Of a stretch of DNA of 64,000 nt, positions 19,867 through 29,541 are shown piece after piece. Below the pieces are notes generated by a model. The model searched no databases and was not told where the DNA came from. It saw only the letters and a list, made by a program, of their open reading frames with translations. The stretch is from Opitutaceae bacterium (GTDB lineage Bacteria; Verrucomicrobiota; Verrucomicrobiia; Opitutales; Coraliomargaritaceae), in NCBI GenBank assembly GCA_051252375.1, contig JBPOFY010000001.1, positions 96,001 through 160,000 of the forward strand, read 5' to 3'. Position numbers and translations under genes: made by a program. Numbering within the stretch: position 1 is the first letter of the stretch; every line of letters begins with the position of its first letter.

Positions 19867-20769
19867 ATGCAACCTACACTCTTAATTCTAGCTGCCGGAA
19901 TGGGCAGCCGCTACGGCGGTCTCAAGCAACTCGACCCCATGGGTCCAAACGGCGAAACCGTGCTCGACTACTCCGTTTTCGACGCGATCCGCGCGGGCTT
20001 CGGCAAAGTCGTTTTCGTCATCCGGCGCGATTTCGCTGATGCGTTCAAAACTGCGGTCGGCGATAAATTTCGCGACCGTATCGAAGTCGCTTACGCTTTC
20101 CAAGAGCTACACGATCTACCCGAAGGTTTCACCATCCCTGCTGGTCGAGAAAAACCATGGGGCACCGCCCACGCGGTTCGCGCTGCTCGCAACGACATCA
20201 ACTCTCCCTTTGCCGTGATCAATGCAGACGACTTTTACGGGCAAGATGCTTATCAACAGCTCGCCGATTATTTCAACCAAAGTAACGATGAGCCCGAACT
20301 GCGCACCTGCATGGTCGGTTATCGTCTAGAAAACACTTTATCTGAGCATGGCTCGGTCAATCGTGGACTCTGCCTCGTCGAGGACGGCTTTCTCAAAGGA
20401 GTCGAAGAACACACCGTGATCGCAAAGGGCGAAGACGGCATCGTTCGCGGCAGTAACTTAACCAATCAACGAGTCAACATCGTGGCAGATGCGATCGTCT
20501 CAATGAATTTTTGGGGTTTCACGCCGGCACTATTTGCCAGCTTAGAAGCGCACTTCGTGGAATTCCTTGGCAAGCACGGCTCTGAAATGAAGTCCGAGTG
20601 CTACATCCCCACAGTCATCGATGAGTTGATACAATCAGAGCAAACTGATTGCGCTGTGATTGAGACAAGCGGTTCGTGGTTCGGCGTCACCTATCCCGAC
20701 GACAAGCCTTTCGTGCAATCCAGTATCCAAACGCTGATCGCCTCGGGCGAGTATCCCGCAAATCTATAA
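19867..20769 (+). CDS. Nucleotidyltransferase (NTP_transferase family)
   Basis: LAAGMGSRYGGLKQ, REKPWGTAHA, INADDFYG, WFGVTY. Confidence 0.9.
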   Translation: MQPTLLILAAGMGSRYGGLKQLDPMGPNGETVLDYSVFDAIRAGFGKVVFVIRRDFADAFKTAVGDKFRDRIEVAYAFQELHDLPEGFTIPAGREKPWGTAHAVRAARNDINSPFAVINADDFYGQDAYQQLADYFNQSNDEPELRTCMVGYRLENTLSEHGSVNRGLCLVEDGFLKGVEEHTVIAKGEDGIVRGSNLTNQRVNIVADAIVSMNFWGFTPALFASLEAHFVEFLGKHGSEMKSECYIPTVIDELIQSEQTDCAVIETSGSWFGVTYPDDKPFVQSSIQTLIASGEYPANL

Positions 20770-20770
20770 C

Positions 20771-20802
20771 AAAAAAGGCGACACCTCGCAGTGCCGCCTT
20801 TT
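20771..20802. terminator. Bidirectional intrinsic terminator
   Basis: AAAAAAGGCG-ACACCTCGCAGTGC-CGCCTTTT between convergent genes. Confidence 0.75.
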
Positions 20803-20810
20803 GTGTAAAG

Positions 20811-21461
20811 TTATTGAGTCGCCGGAGGTGGCGCCGGATCTTGCGAAACGACTTCACCTTTTTGAGCGGAACGGTTTTTGAAGAAGCGGAAGATCGTGCG
20901 GATCACGTAGTAGAGCAAAACCAATACAAGTAAACCAGCCAGGAGCGGGATCAGGATCGCTAAGCCAGCAGTCAAAATCGAACCTCCGAGCTCAGCCGTA
21001 GAGACTACTGGGTTACCAATACCTCCAGTCGTTGCAGTGGAAGTGCCACGCGTAATCACCGATGCGCCTTGCACCAAACCGGCGGTGCCACCGCCCATGA
21101 TTGCAGCAGCTGCCCACTTAACCGAACCATCTCCGATAAAGTCAGGCATCATTTCGCCAGAGATAAAGGTGCCAGCGATCACAGCTGCTGGTGTCGCAAT
21201 CGAATCCAGCGCATTATCCAGCCACGGGATATAATAACTGCCGATTTCAACCACAGTAGCGATCCCCAGCGTGATTGTCGCTAGATCACTTCCAAGCCAG
21301 TGATGCTCACCTAGAAGCTCCTGCATGTTGAAATTCATCAACAGCTCTGTCTCGTAACCTGTATTAGCCGCGAGACTCGCAATAAACAGAGGGACAAAGA
21401 CACGAAAACCGCAGGCCGCCGCTAATCCGACCCCTGCAAAAATTGCTAACATTTCATTCAT
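20811..21461 (-). CDS. DUF4126 family membrane protein
   Basis: GLAAACGFRVFVPL, YYIPWLDNALD, TGGIGNPVVSTAE. Confidence 0.88.
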   Translation of the reverse strand: MNEMLAIFAGVGLAAACGFRVFVPLFIASLAANTGYETELLMNFNMQELLGEHHWLGSDLATITLGIATVVEIGSYYIPWLDNALDSIATPAAVIAGTFISGEMMPDFIGDGSVKWAAAAIMGGGTAGLVQGASVITRGTSTATTGGIGNPVVSTAELGGSILTAGLAILIPLLAGLLVLVLLYYVIRTIFRFFKNRSAQKGEVVSQDPAPPPATQ

Positions 21462-21516
21462 AACAAATAACTATTGTAAGCGATATGACCGCAGGTGGAA
21501 GCTTAGAGTTCCATGC

Positions 21517-21550
21517 AAAAAAAGGCCCGAGGTGCATCACCTCGGGCCTT
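21517..21550 (-). terminator. Intrinsic terminator
   Basis: AAAAAAA-GGCCCGAGGTG-CAT-CACCTCGGGCC-TT; U-tract on the minus strand downstream of 21581-22762. Confidence 0.85.
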
Positions 21551-21580
21551 AAAAGACAAAATACTTATACGTTTCTTGGC

Positions 21581-22762
21581 TTATTCACCCTTACGGAACT
21601 TGCTCAGCAAGTATTCCATGTGCTTGCCGGCAGCCTCACGGCCACCCAGTCCAAAGGACAAGGCTACAGCAATTGCAATCGCGCCAAGTGATAAACCAAA
21701 TGCGAGGTTCACAATCGTATCAGCGATGCCCATAGCATTGAGCCCGATGGCTAGAACCAAGGCAAGAATGGCATAACGAGCTACTGCTGCGAGTGGGTTC
21801 ACCCCTTCAGATTGGCTCAACAACTTGTAAGCCATGTTAGCGAAAAAGTTACCAACTGCTAGAATGATGAGGCCGAGAACGATCTGCCCCGCTAAAACTA
21901 GAAGGCCGCTCAGCACGACTGCGATCTCTGCCATGCCCAGTTTTTCGAGAGCGGAAATAACCGCTGTAAACATGATGAAGAAGAAAACAACACTGCCTGT
22001 AAGCTTCGACAACGCGAAGCCGTTACCAGCAAGGGCTTCGAGACCGAGCTTTGCTGGGAGTTTATCAGCGCCGAGGTTTTTCAAAAGTTCAACAAGCATT
22101 GAAACAACAAACTTACCAACAATGAAGAAGACCCCGAGAATGATGCCCGCACCGATGATATCGGGAACTGCTGCGAGTAATTCACCCAGCATCGAAGTTG
22201 CTGGATCTGAAATAGCCGCCATTTGAAGCGTATCCAACGCAACGATCAGAATCGGAACAAAGATGAAGAGAAACACTAATTGCTGAACAAGCTTGGATAG
22301 ACTGACATTGCCACTTAGACCTATTTTCTCGGAAAGTGCATCCACGCCCTTAGCGGCAACACCAACAACCGCCGAGACGACTTTTGCGATAATGAAACCA
22401 GCATAGCCGATGACTCCTGCAGCAATCAGATTCGGGATGTAGCCGACAAACTGGTCGAACATGTTCTGCAAAGGAGCTAAAACGCCCTCAACACCCAAGA
22501 TACTCAAGACGAGCAGCAAAACATAAAGAAGTGCCAAATAGTAGACGAAAGTCGAAAGCGGTGATTCGACGCTCAACTGCTTTTCGCGGTCTTTGTTGAT
22601 CCGCTCATTCAGTTTAAGGGCGGCGAGTAGGCAACTGAACCCCTTACGAATCAGACTCGCGAGGATCAAACCGACGATCAGTATGATGACCGCGGCAAGT
22701 GCACTCGGCATAAAGGCACCCAGTTTTTGTAAAAACGGTGATAGGAAGCTATTTTCGGCCAT
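21581..22762 (-). CDS. TM-helix-repeat membrane protein (MscS/CmpX-like)
   Basis: Repeated P.LIAA.IIL..G TM units; C-terminal AVALSFGLGGREAA. Confidence 0.8.
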   Translation of the reverse strand: MAENSFLSPFLQKLGAFMPSALAAVIILIVGLILASLIRKGFSCLLAALKLNERINKDREKQLSVESPLSTFVYYLALLYVLLLVLSILGVEGVLAPLQNMFDQFVGYIPNLIAAGVIGYAGFIIAKVVSAVVGVAAKGVDALSEKIGLSGNVSLSKLVQQLVFLFIFVPILIVALDTLQMAAISDPATSMLGELLAAVPDIIGAGIILGVFFIVGKFVVSMLVELLKNLGADKLPAKLGLEALAGNGFALSKLTGSVVFFFIMFTAVISALEKLGMAEIAVVLSGLLVLAGQIVLGLIILAVGNFFANMAYKLLSQSEGVNPLAAVARYAILALVLAIGLNAMGIADTIVNLAFGLSLGAIAIAVALSFGLGGREAAGKHMEYLLSKFRKGE

Positions 22763-22942
22763 AATATTATTGAGTTAGTGGTTATGAGTCATGTCGGCAA
22801 CTGTCGACACGACAAAACATAGACATAAAACCTCCATTATCAAGAAGATAGAAAAACCGAACACCACGCGCCCAGAAGGCAACATAGAACAAAAATCGAC
22901 CATCAATAGATGATCGACCAAGCACACAAAACTGTAGAGCTA

Positions 22943-25906
22943 TTAAGTTATCGGACGGCTCGACGCTTCGACGATTTTAGCGTAAATCTCGTCAACTGGC
23001 ATCTTCGCAAGTTCGCGGGAAGTGATCCGCGCAACATTGAGCTCTGGCAGAGTTTCCAATGATTCAGAAAGGCAAACATCGCGATTCGCTTCGACTTCTT
23101 CCACGCGATCAATCGGCGTGAAGTGCGGCGCGGAGTTCAGCACCTGTGGATGCTCCTTCACCAGCTTAATGATCGCTTTAACGGCATCAGCGAATCGATC
23201 CAACTCTGCCTTGGTATAGCTTTCGGTCGGCTCAATCATGAGACCAAGCGGCTCGGGCCATGCAACTGTCGGCGCGTGAAAACCAAAATCAAGGAAGAGC
23301 TTTCCAATCCGTGGTGCGGCATCGGTCTTGCGCAAACCTACCGATTCGAGGGCACCAAAGTCTTCTGGCTTCAAAGTGAGAATGAACTCGTGCATGCGCG
23401 GCTCCGAGTCCGAACCAGCAGGAAGTGTCGCATAATCGGTTTCCATCTGCTTGTGCAGATAACGCGCACTCAGCACAGCCATGGCTGACATACGGCGCAC
23501 ACCCTCACGCCCAAGACGCAGCAAATAAGTATAGCAGCGCACCTTGTGAGCGAAATTCCCCCAGTGGCGATGGAAAGAACCGATGGATTTCTCCGCTTTG
23601 ACCGGACGGTAGAGCTCGCCATCAAACTCGATCTGATGACCAGGCAAATAAGGCAACAGAAGTTCGCTGACCGCAACCATCGCGTCGCCAGGACCTCCAC
23701 CGCCGTGTGGAATCGTCCAGGTTTTGTGCAAGTTATTGTGAACCGCATCCACTCCGAGCGCACCGAGATCCACCCAGCCAGCAATGGCATTCATGTTCGC
23801 GCCATCCATATAAACTAGACCGCCAGCTTCGTGAACCTTTTCGGCAATCTGCTTAAAAGAGGTCTCAAAAATACCACTCGTATTCGGATTCGTGATCATG
23901 ATACCGGCAATACGGTTGCCATATTCTTCGATTCGACGATCCAGATCCTCATTCAACACACGACCAGCGACATCCGCATCGAGGTATACAATCTTACCTT
24001 TTTTGCCGGTGAAGCCTGCCATTGTGGCTGTGGCAAAATTCGTCCCGTGAGCGGAGCGAGGAATCAACACCACGTCACGCACTTCACCACGATCACTGTG
24101 GTAAGCTTGGAACAACTTCAGCCCGACCAACTCACCTTGGGCACCCGCTAGCGGTTGCGTCGTGACACCAGCTAGACCTGTGATCTTCTTGAACCACTCC
24201 TGAGTCTCATGCAGCACATAGAAACAGCCTTGCGCATCTTCAATGGGCGCTTGCGGGTGCACATCAGTGAATCCAGGCAAACCAGCCGCCCAGTCATTCA
24301 CCAAGGGATTATACTTCATGGTGCAGGAACCCAGTGGGTAGCAGCCGTCATCGGGGCTGACATTCAAGTCTCCAAGCTTGGTGTAATATTCAATGACCTC
24401 CTTAGCGCTATACTGCGGGAGACCTGGAGCAGATGCTCTTAAAAATTTGTCACCGACTGGTTTCAATTGCGCTGCACTCCCCTCGCCATCACTACCAAAT
24501 ACATCCGCAAAGACTGCCACAAGGGCTGCCAAATCTTGCTCACGATTCGAGAATGACAACTTGAGCAACGAACGCCCACCTTCGATTCGGCCTGAAACAT
24601 CCGCTCCCGCTAGAATGCCCTTCGTTCTGGCTGCAGCCAAAACATCGGCAACCGATTTAGAGAGCTCAAATGTCACCTCATGGAAACATACACTCTCAGG
24701 AAACGCTAAAGTCACACCTTCCAAGGCAGTCAACGCCTCCACTGCTGATTTCAATCGCATGCGGATGGTGCCTAGAATCTCACCAAGCCCGGCATCGCCA
24801 CGCTCTAAGAGAGCAGCACCGACCAATGTGGCTACGAATGCCTGATTCGAGCAAATGTTGGACGTCGCCTTATCCTTGCGAATATGTTGCTCGCGCGTGG
24901 AAAGGACGCCCACGCGGCAATCTCGCCCAGAAGAGTCCTTGGCTTTGCCGATAAAACGACCAGGTGCCGCACGGACGCCGTTACGGTCCTTAGATGAAAA
25001 GCGCACACCGAAGAGCCCGAGGCCCGGTCCGCCAAAATTGGGCGCCAGTGCAAGGTGCTGCGCTTCGCCTACAATGATATCCGCACCCTTCTCGCCAAAT
25101 TCAGACGGTGGCTTCAAGCCACCTTTCGTCAGAAGCAATGGATCGATCACAGCGACCGACTTTACGCCTGATTCGGCAGCAAGATTTGTAAGCTCATCTA
25201 CCGACTCAATTAAGCCGAAAGTATTGACCTGCGGGAACACAATCACGGCCAAGCGATCGAGTGAGGCGTCCACCGCGACCTTCAAGGCATCGAAATCAAT
25301 ACAACCTGTCGCCGCATCGGCGGGCACACGGATCAACTCGACTTCAGTCTCCTCCGAGAGCGTTGCTAAAACCTCAAGATCTCCGGGGTAAAGCGTTTCG
25401 GGGATAATCGCAGCAGTTTTGCCACGACTCATACGAATGGCCGCGCAAATACCCTCAAAAATGGAAGTGGATCGGTCGTAGAGCGAGGCATTGACCGCCT
25501 CAAATCCAGTCAGCCGCGCCATGGAACATTGGTAGATCCAGTGTGCAATCAAGGTGCCTTGGCTCAGCTCCGGCTGGTATGGCGTGTAAGCCGTCGTCAT
25601 GTTACGAATATCGCAAACAGGGCCAATCACCGGAGAAGGCTCTAAATCCAACACGCCATCACCGAGAAAGCTCGTGCCAACGCGGTTCTTTTCGGAAATC
25701 GCCTGCAAGCGGGCTCGAAGCGCCTCATAGTCGAGCTCCTTAGGCAAATCAGGAGCTTCACCAAAAAGCACATCTGCGGGGATATGCTCGAATAGACCCT
25801 CAAAGGAGGTCTTCCCGATACTCGCCAACATTTGCTCTATTTCAGCATCACTGGCAGGGATGTAGTGGCGTGCTTTTTCACGCAAATCGGTCGATTGTGT
25901 GGACAT
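22943..25906 (-). CDS. gcvP: Glycine dehydrogenase (glycine cleavage P protein), fused PA+PB
   Basis: TAYTPYQPELSQG, REQHIRKDKATSNIC, PLGSCTMKYNP, NLHKT (PLP lysine), PHGGGGPG, MIEPTES. Confidence 0.95.
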   Translation of the reverse strand: MSTQSTDLREKARHYIPASDAEIEQMLASIGKTSFEGLFEHIPADVLFGEAPDLPKELDYEALRARLQAISEKNRVGTSFLGDGVLDLEPSPVIGPVCDIRNMTTAYTPYQPELSQGTLIAHWIYQCSMARLTGFEAVNASLYDRSTSIFEGICAAIRMSRGKTAAIIPETLYPGDLEVLATLSEETEVELIRVPADAATGCIDFDALKVAVDASLDRLAVIVFPQVNTFGLIESVDELTNLAAESGVKSVAVIDPLLLTKGGLKPPSEFGEKGADIIVGEAQHLALAPNFGGPGLGLFGVRFSSKDRNGVRAAPGRFIGKAKDSSGRDCRVGVLSTREQHIRKDKATSNICSNQAFVATLVGAALLERGDAGLGEILGTIRMRLKSAVEALTALEGVTLAFPESVCFHEVTFELSKSVADVLAAARTKGILAGADVSGRIEGGRSLLKLSFSNREQDLAALVAVFADVFGSDGEGSAAQLKPVGDKFLRASAPGLPQYSAKEVIEYYTKLGDLNVSPDDGCYPLGSCTMKYNPLVNDWAAGLPGFTDVHPQAPIEDAQGCFYVLHETQEWFKKITGLAGVTTQPLAGAQGELVGLKLFQAYHSDRGEVRDVVLIPRSAHGTNFATATMAGFTGKKGKIVYLDADVAGRVLNEDLDRRIEEYGNRIAGIMITNPNTSGIFETSFKQIAEKVHEAGGLVYMDGANMNAIAGWVDLGALGVDAVHNNLHKTWTIPHGGGGPGDAMVAVSELLLPYLPGHQIEFDGELYRPVKAEKSIGSFHRHWGNFAHKVRCYTYLLRLGREGVRRMSAMAVLSARYLHKQMETDYATLPAGSDSEPRMHEFILTLKPEDFGALESVGLRKTDAAPRIGKLFLDFGFHAPTVAWPEPLGLMIEPTESYTKAELDRFADAVKAIIKLVKEHPQVLNSAPHFTPIDRVEEVEANRDVCLSESLETLPELNVARITSRELAKMPVDEIYAKIVEASSRPIT

Positions 25907-26051
25907 TTGGAAAGATGAGATCGGATTATTGTGACGCCTTAGTGAAAATTGAGAAACGGCGCATTAGTTGATTGCCAGACAAAGCCTGTCTTATTGCATC
26001 GCAAGTATCTTTATATGATATTCGAGAATTTACTCTCAAATTGATCAAATA

Positions 26052-27146
26052 TTGACCGATCCGATGCTAGAAATCCCACTTCATAATTTTCATGCCGAAC
26101 AAGGCGCCCGCTTCGTCGCCTTCGGCGGCTGGAACATGCCCGTGCAATATTCCAGTATTCTGGAAGAACATAAAGCCGTCCGCACCACAGCGGGCCTTTT
26201 TGACGTCAGCCACATGGGCGAATTTCACGTTTATGGTGCCGATGCGGCACTGTTCCTCGATCGCTTGGTTGTCAACGCGGTGCGCAAGGCACCCGTAGGC
26301 AAAGCTGTTTACTCCCCAATGTGTATGGGCGACGGCGGCGTGGTCGACGATTTGATTATTTATCGAACCGGCGAAGAAACCTTCCTCGTTTGTGTCAATG
26401 CCAGCAACATCGAGAAAGACTTCGGATGGTTCCTAAAGCAAGCCGAGCGCTGGGCGCTGGATGTCGAAATCGAAGACCACTCAGACGAATATGCCTTACT
26501 AGCGCTACAAGGACCTAAGGCGGAAGCGATTTTATTGGCGATCGGTCTGGACGAAGTCAGTGACATCAAGCGTTTCTGGCATGCGCAGATCAGCTTCTCG
26601 GGAGAGAAAATTCGCGTCTGCCGCACAGGATATACCGGTGAAGACGGCTTCGAAATTTATAGTTCGCCAAAAGCAGCCGAGCAATTGGCTAAGCAAATTT
26701 TGATCGAAGGCGAAGCATTCGGGCTAAAACTCTGCGGGCTGGGGGCACGCGACAGCCTCCGACTGGAGGCAGGGCTTCCGCTCTATGGTCACGAATTGAG
26801 TGACAACATCACTCCCTTGGAAGCCAGCCTCGACTGGACAGTGAAACTCAACAAAGAAGACTTCATCGGGAAAAATGCACTGACCGAGCAAAAGGAAAAC
26901 GGCATCCCGCGCCGCGTGCTACACTTCAAGCTAGAAGGTCGTCGCATCGCCCGCGAAGGCACACCAGTTATCAACGATGCCGGCGAAGCGATCGGCAAAG
27001 TGCTATCCGGCACCTTATCGCCGATGATCAATTGCCCCATTGGCAGCGCGATCATCAATAGCGATTCACTTGATGGACCGCTCTTCGTAGATCTTCGAGG
27101 CAACAAGCTGGCACTTCAAATTGCCAAACCGCCGCTACATAAATAG
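26052..27146 (+). CDS. gcvT: Glycine cleavage T protein (aminomethyltransferase)
   Basis: [43 protein letters not shown]; start may be ATG 26064. Confidence 0.96.
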   Translation: MTDPMLEIPLHNFHAEQGARFVAFGGWNMPVQYSSILEEHKAVRTTAGLFDVSHMGEFHVYGADAALFLDRLVVNAVRKAPVGKAVYSPMCMGDGGVVDDLIIYRTGEETFLVCVNASNIEKDFGWFLKQAERWALDVEIEDHSDEYALLALQGPKAEAILLAIGLDEVSDIKRFWHAQISFSGEKIRVCRTGYTGEDGFEIYSSPKAAEQLAKQILIEGEAFGLKLCGLGARDSLRLEAGLPLYGHELSDNITPLEASLDWTVKLNKEDFIGKNALTEQKENGIPRRVLHFKLEGRRIAREGTPVINDAGEAIGKVLSGTLSPMINCPIGSAIINSDSLDGPLFVDLRGNKLALQIAKPPLHK

Positions 27147-27178
27147 TCTGCTCGATTGCTCGGGCATTTGACCGACTT

Positions 27179-28240
27179 CTACTCCTCAGATCCAGTCTGA
27201 AGTTGTTTAGCTTCGGCATCCGTAGGTGCGACAACAGCCGAACTGAGCACGGTATCTTTCTCAGGACGTGGTAGCGTTTTCACAGAAAACTCTAGCTCCT
27301 CCTCGCCGCGCTTCACATGAATCGAGGCAAATTGGTTCGCTCGGGTGAAGAAAATCGCCCCAGGCACATCGGAAACATCTGCGATCTCACGCCCACTAAT
27401 CGAGAGCAATTGATCGCCCTCCAATAGTCCGGCCTCTTCTGCGGGAGCACCTTCAACCACCTTGGAAAGAATGACCCCTTGGCTGTCATCCAGATTCAAA
27501 TGGCTTCTGACTTCAAAGCCCATCCAGCTATGAATGACATGACCCGAAAACAGTAGATCGTCTCGCACCCGTGCCAAAGCGGCAGCTGGCAGACAATAAG
27601 AGGCATCCAAATCAGGCACTGAAGCCACCGTCATACCGATAAATCGGCCATTTATATCAAGAATGGGGCAACCGCCTTGCCCCGCCTCGACCGAAATCGA
27701 TGTGCGGATATACTCAGTAGGAAATAATTGATTACCCAGTTTCTTCTCACTTCCGGTAAAAATGCCCATGGAAGGGGATGGATCAAAATCCAACGGACAG
27801 GTTATCGCGACCGCGATGGAGCCCACTGAAGGACGCGCGACGCTGGTATCAATTGGAATAATTGAAAAACCTTTTGGTGGCTCTAATACCTTAAGAACGG
27901 AAACATTCGTTAAACGATCATGCCCCACAGGCTCCGTCGCATACGATTTGCCTTCATACTCGACCCAAACACGCTCTGCCCCAGCCGCGCGGCTCGCACT
28001 GACCAAGACATGACCTTCTTTACTGATGAAAAAACCGGTGCCCACACGGAGCATCACTTGCTTCTTATCATCGACATCGGGGCCGATATACGCGCCTTTC
28101 ACGCGAACGACTGCGGCCTTATTTTGCTCAAAGACTGAAATCAGGCGCTGTTGCAGCGCAAGCGCGTCAGTTGGATTCGCAAAGGCGGAAACCGCGCCAA
28201 AGCCTAGGATACAAATAATCCAAGCAACAAGAGATCGCAT
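27179..28240 (-). CDS. HtrA/DegP-like trypsin-PDZ protein with degenerate catalytic triad
   Basis: Signal peptide; GTGFFIS, VSASRAA, TNVSVLK, AGQGGCP; PDZ (WMG...PAEEAGL..GD). Confidence 0.85.
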   Translation of the reverse strand: MRSLVAWIICILGFGAVSAFANPTDALALQQRLISVFEQNKAAVVRVKGAYIGPDVDDKKQVMLRVGTGFFISKEGHVLVSASRAAGAERVWVEYEGKSYATEPVGHDRLTNVSVLKVLEPPKGFSIIPIDTSVARPSVGSIAVAITCPLDFDPSPSMGIFTGSEKKLGNQLFPTEYIRTSISVEAGQGGCPILDINGRFIGMTVASVPDLDASYCLPAAALARVRDDLLFSGHVIHSWMGFEVRSHLNLDDSQGVILSKVVEGAPAEEAGLLEGDQLLSISGREIADVSDVPGAIFFTRANQFASIHVKRGEEELEFSVKTLPRPEKDTVLSSAVVAPTDAEAKQLQTGSEE

Positions 28241-28245
28241 ACAGT

Positions 28246-28797
28246 CTAGTATACCAAGCTCGCCACACTCGTGCTACCGAAAGCAGGACGAGACGCTGCC
28301 ACATCGGCAGAATAGTCTGCGCTACCTAAGGCTAGCTCATAGCCGTCCATACCAAAATCACGAGTGAATGCGGCATCCGCTGTGTTGGTTTCTGTCGAAA
28401 TACGCTCGATTTGATAATCACGCTGCCCATTTAAAGCCGCTTCATCCAAATCAGACATCGCCATTTCAACGGCCAGAACAGGAGCACTTACAGTGGTTTC
28501 TGTTTCTGCGACATTAAAATCTGTCACACCTGTGCCTACAAAAGCAGGGCGCACCACCATCATCGCGATAAAGAGTGCAGCACAAGCCACGGCAGAGCTC
28601 TGCGCGAAACGGCCGGAAAGTGCTCGGAACACTTGAACGTGCAAGGGATCCTTCTTAACCAGAGTCTGTAACATGCGCTGGTGCAATTCGCGGTCGAATT
28701 TGCCCCAGAAAGCATCGTCAGGACGCTCCATCCGCTTGAGACGGAGAAGATCCTCCACTTTAACTTCTTCTTGATGTTCTTTGGTTGGTTTAGGCAT
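28246..28797 (-). CDS. Putative anti-sigma factor (single TM)
   Basis: Directly downstream of the ECF sigma gene; N-terminal LLRLKR.ERP...FW..F, central TM helix, acidic C-terminus. Confidence 0.6.
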   Translation of the reverse strand: MPKPTKEHQEEVKVEDLLRLKRMERPDDAFWGKFDRELHQRMLQTLVKKDPLHVQVFRALSGRFAQSSAVACAALFIAMMVVRPAFVGTGVTDFNVAETETTVSAPVLAVEMAMSDLDEAALNGQRDYQIERISTETNTADAAFTRDFGMDGYELALGSADYSADVAASRPAFGSTSVASLVY

Positions 28798-28827
28798 AAT
28801 CTGATAATTGGTAGTCGCAGGGTAGTT

Positions 28828-29460
28828 TTAACCGATATAATCCTTTAAATATGCCTGAAGCTGATGCTTGGCATAGTGTAATCTTGAGCGAACTGTGCCG
28901 ACAGAAGTCTTAGTGATTTCTGCGATTTCAGCGTGCTCAAGGCCTTCGATTTCATGTAAAATAACAACAGTGCGATGTTTAAGAGACAATTTTTGCAGCG
29001 CATCGTTCAATTTTTCCTGTAATTCGCTGATTAAAGCTCCTTTTTCGGACTGATTCTTCGCTGTTAAACGCTCAAATATCTCTGAACTGGAGACTTCCTC
29101 GTTAATATTTTCGTAGCTAATAAAGCGCCGGCGATTGCGCTTCTTAAGGAATGTCATCGTCGAATTGATCGCGATACGGTAAAGCCAGGTGAAAAACGAG
29201 GATTTACCCTGGAAACGACCAATCGCCTGAAAAGCCTTAATAAAAGCGTCCTGAGTGAGGTCTGAAGCGTCTTCGCGGTTACTCGTCATGTTATAAATGA
29301 CGGAAAAAATCTGCTCGCGATACTTCTGCACCAGCTGGTCAAATGCACCCACATTGCCGGATTGCACCTTCTGAACCACTGCCCAATCCAAATCGCGTTG
29401 AGACACCTGCACTTCTTGAGCAGGAAAAATCGATTTGGTTGTTGAACTGGTAGCGTCCAT
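28828..29460 (-). CDS. ECF sigma-70 factor (RpoE-like)
   Basis: AFDQLVQKY, DLTQDAFIKA, FFTWLYRIAIN, EIAEI...GTVRSRLHYA; start placed at ATG 29460. Confidence 0.93.
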   Translation of the reverse strand: MDATSSTTKSIFPAQEVQVSQRDLDWAVVQKVQSGNVGAFDQLVQKYREQIFSVIYNMTSNREDASDLTQDAFIKAFQAIGRFQGKSSFFTWLYRIAINSTMTFLKKRNRRRFISYENINEEVSSSEIFERLTAKNQSEKGALISELQEKLNDALQKLSLKHRTVVILHEIEGLEHAEIAEITKTSVGTVRSRLHYAKHQLQAYLKDYIG

Positions 29461-29541
29461 ATTAGAACACCAACAAAGCAATTTTTATACGAATTGCAAA
29501 GCCTAAGTCGCTTGTTGGACCTCGATCAGTAAATACCGCGA

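Noticed and set aside
25907..26051. Glycine riboswitch between gcvP and gcvT
   Set aside because: No GGAGA/CCGAAG/CTCTCAGG core seen on either strand, and the spacer is short.
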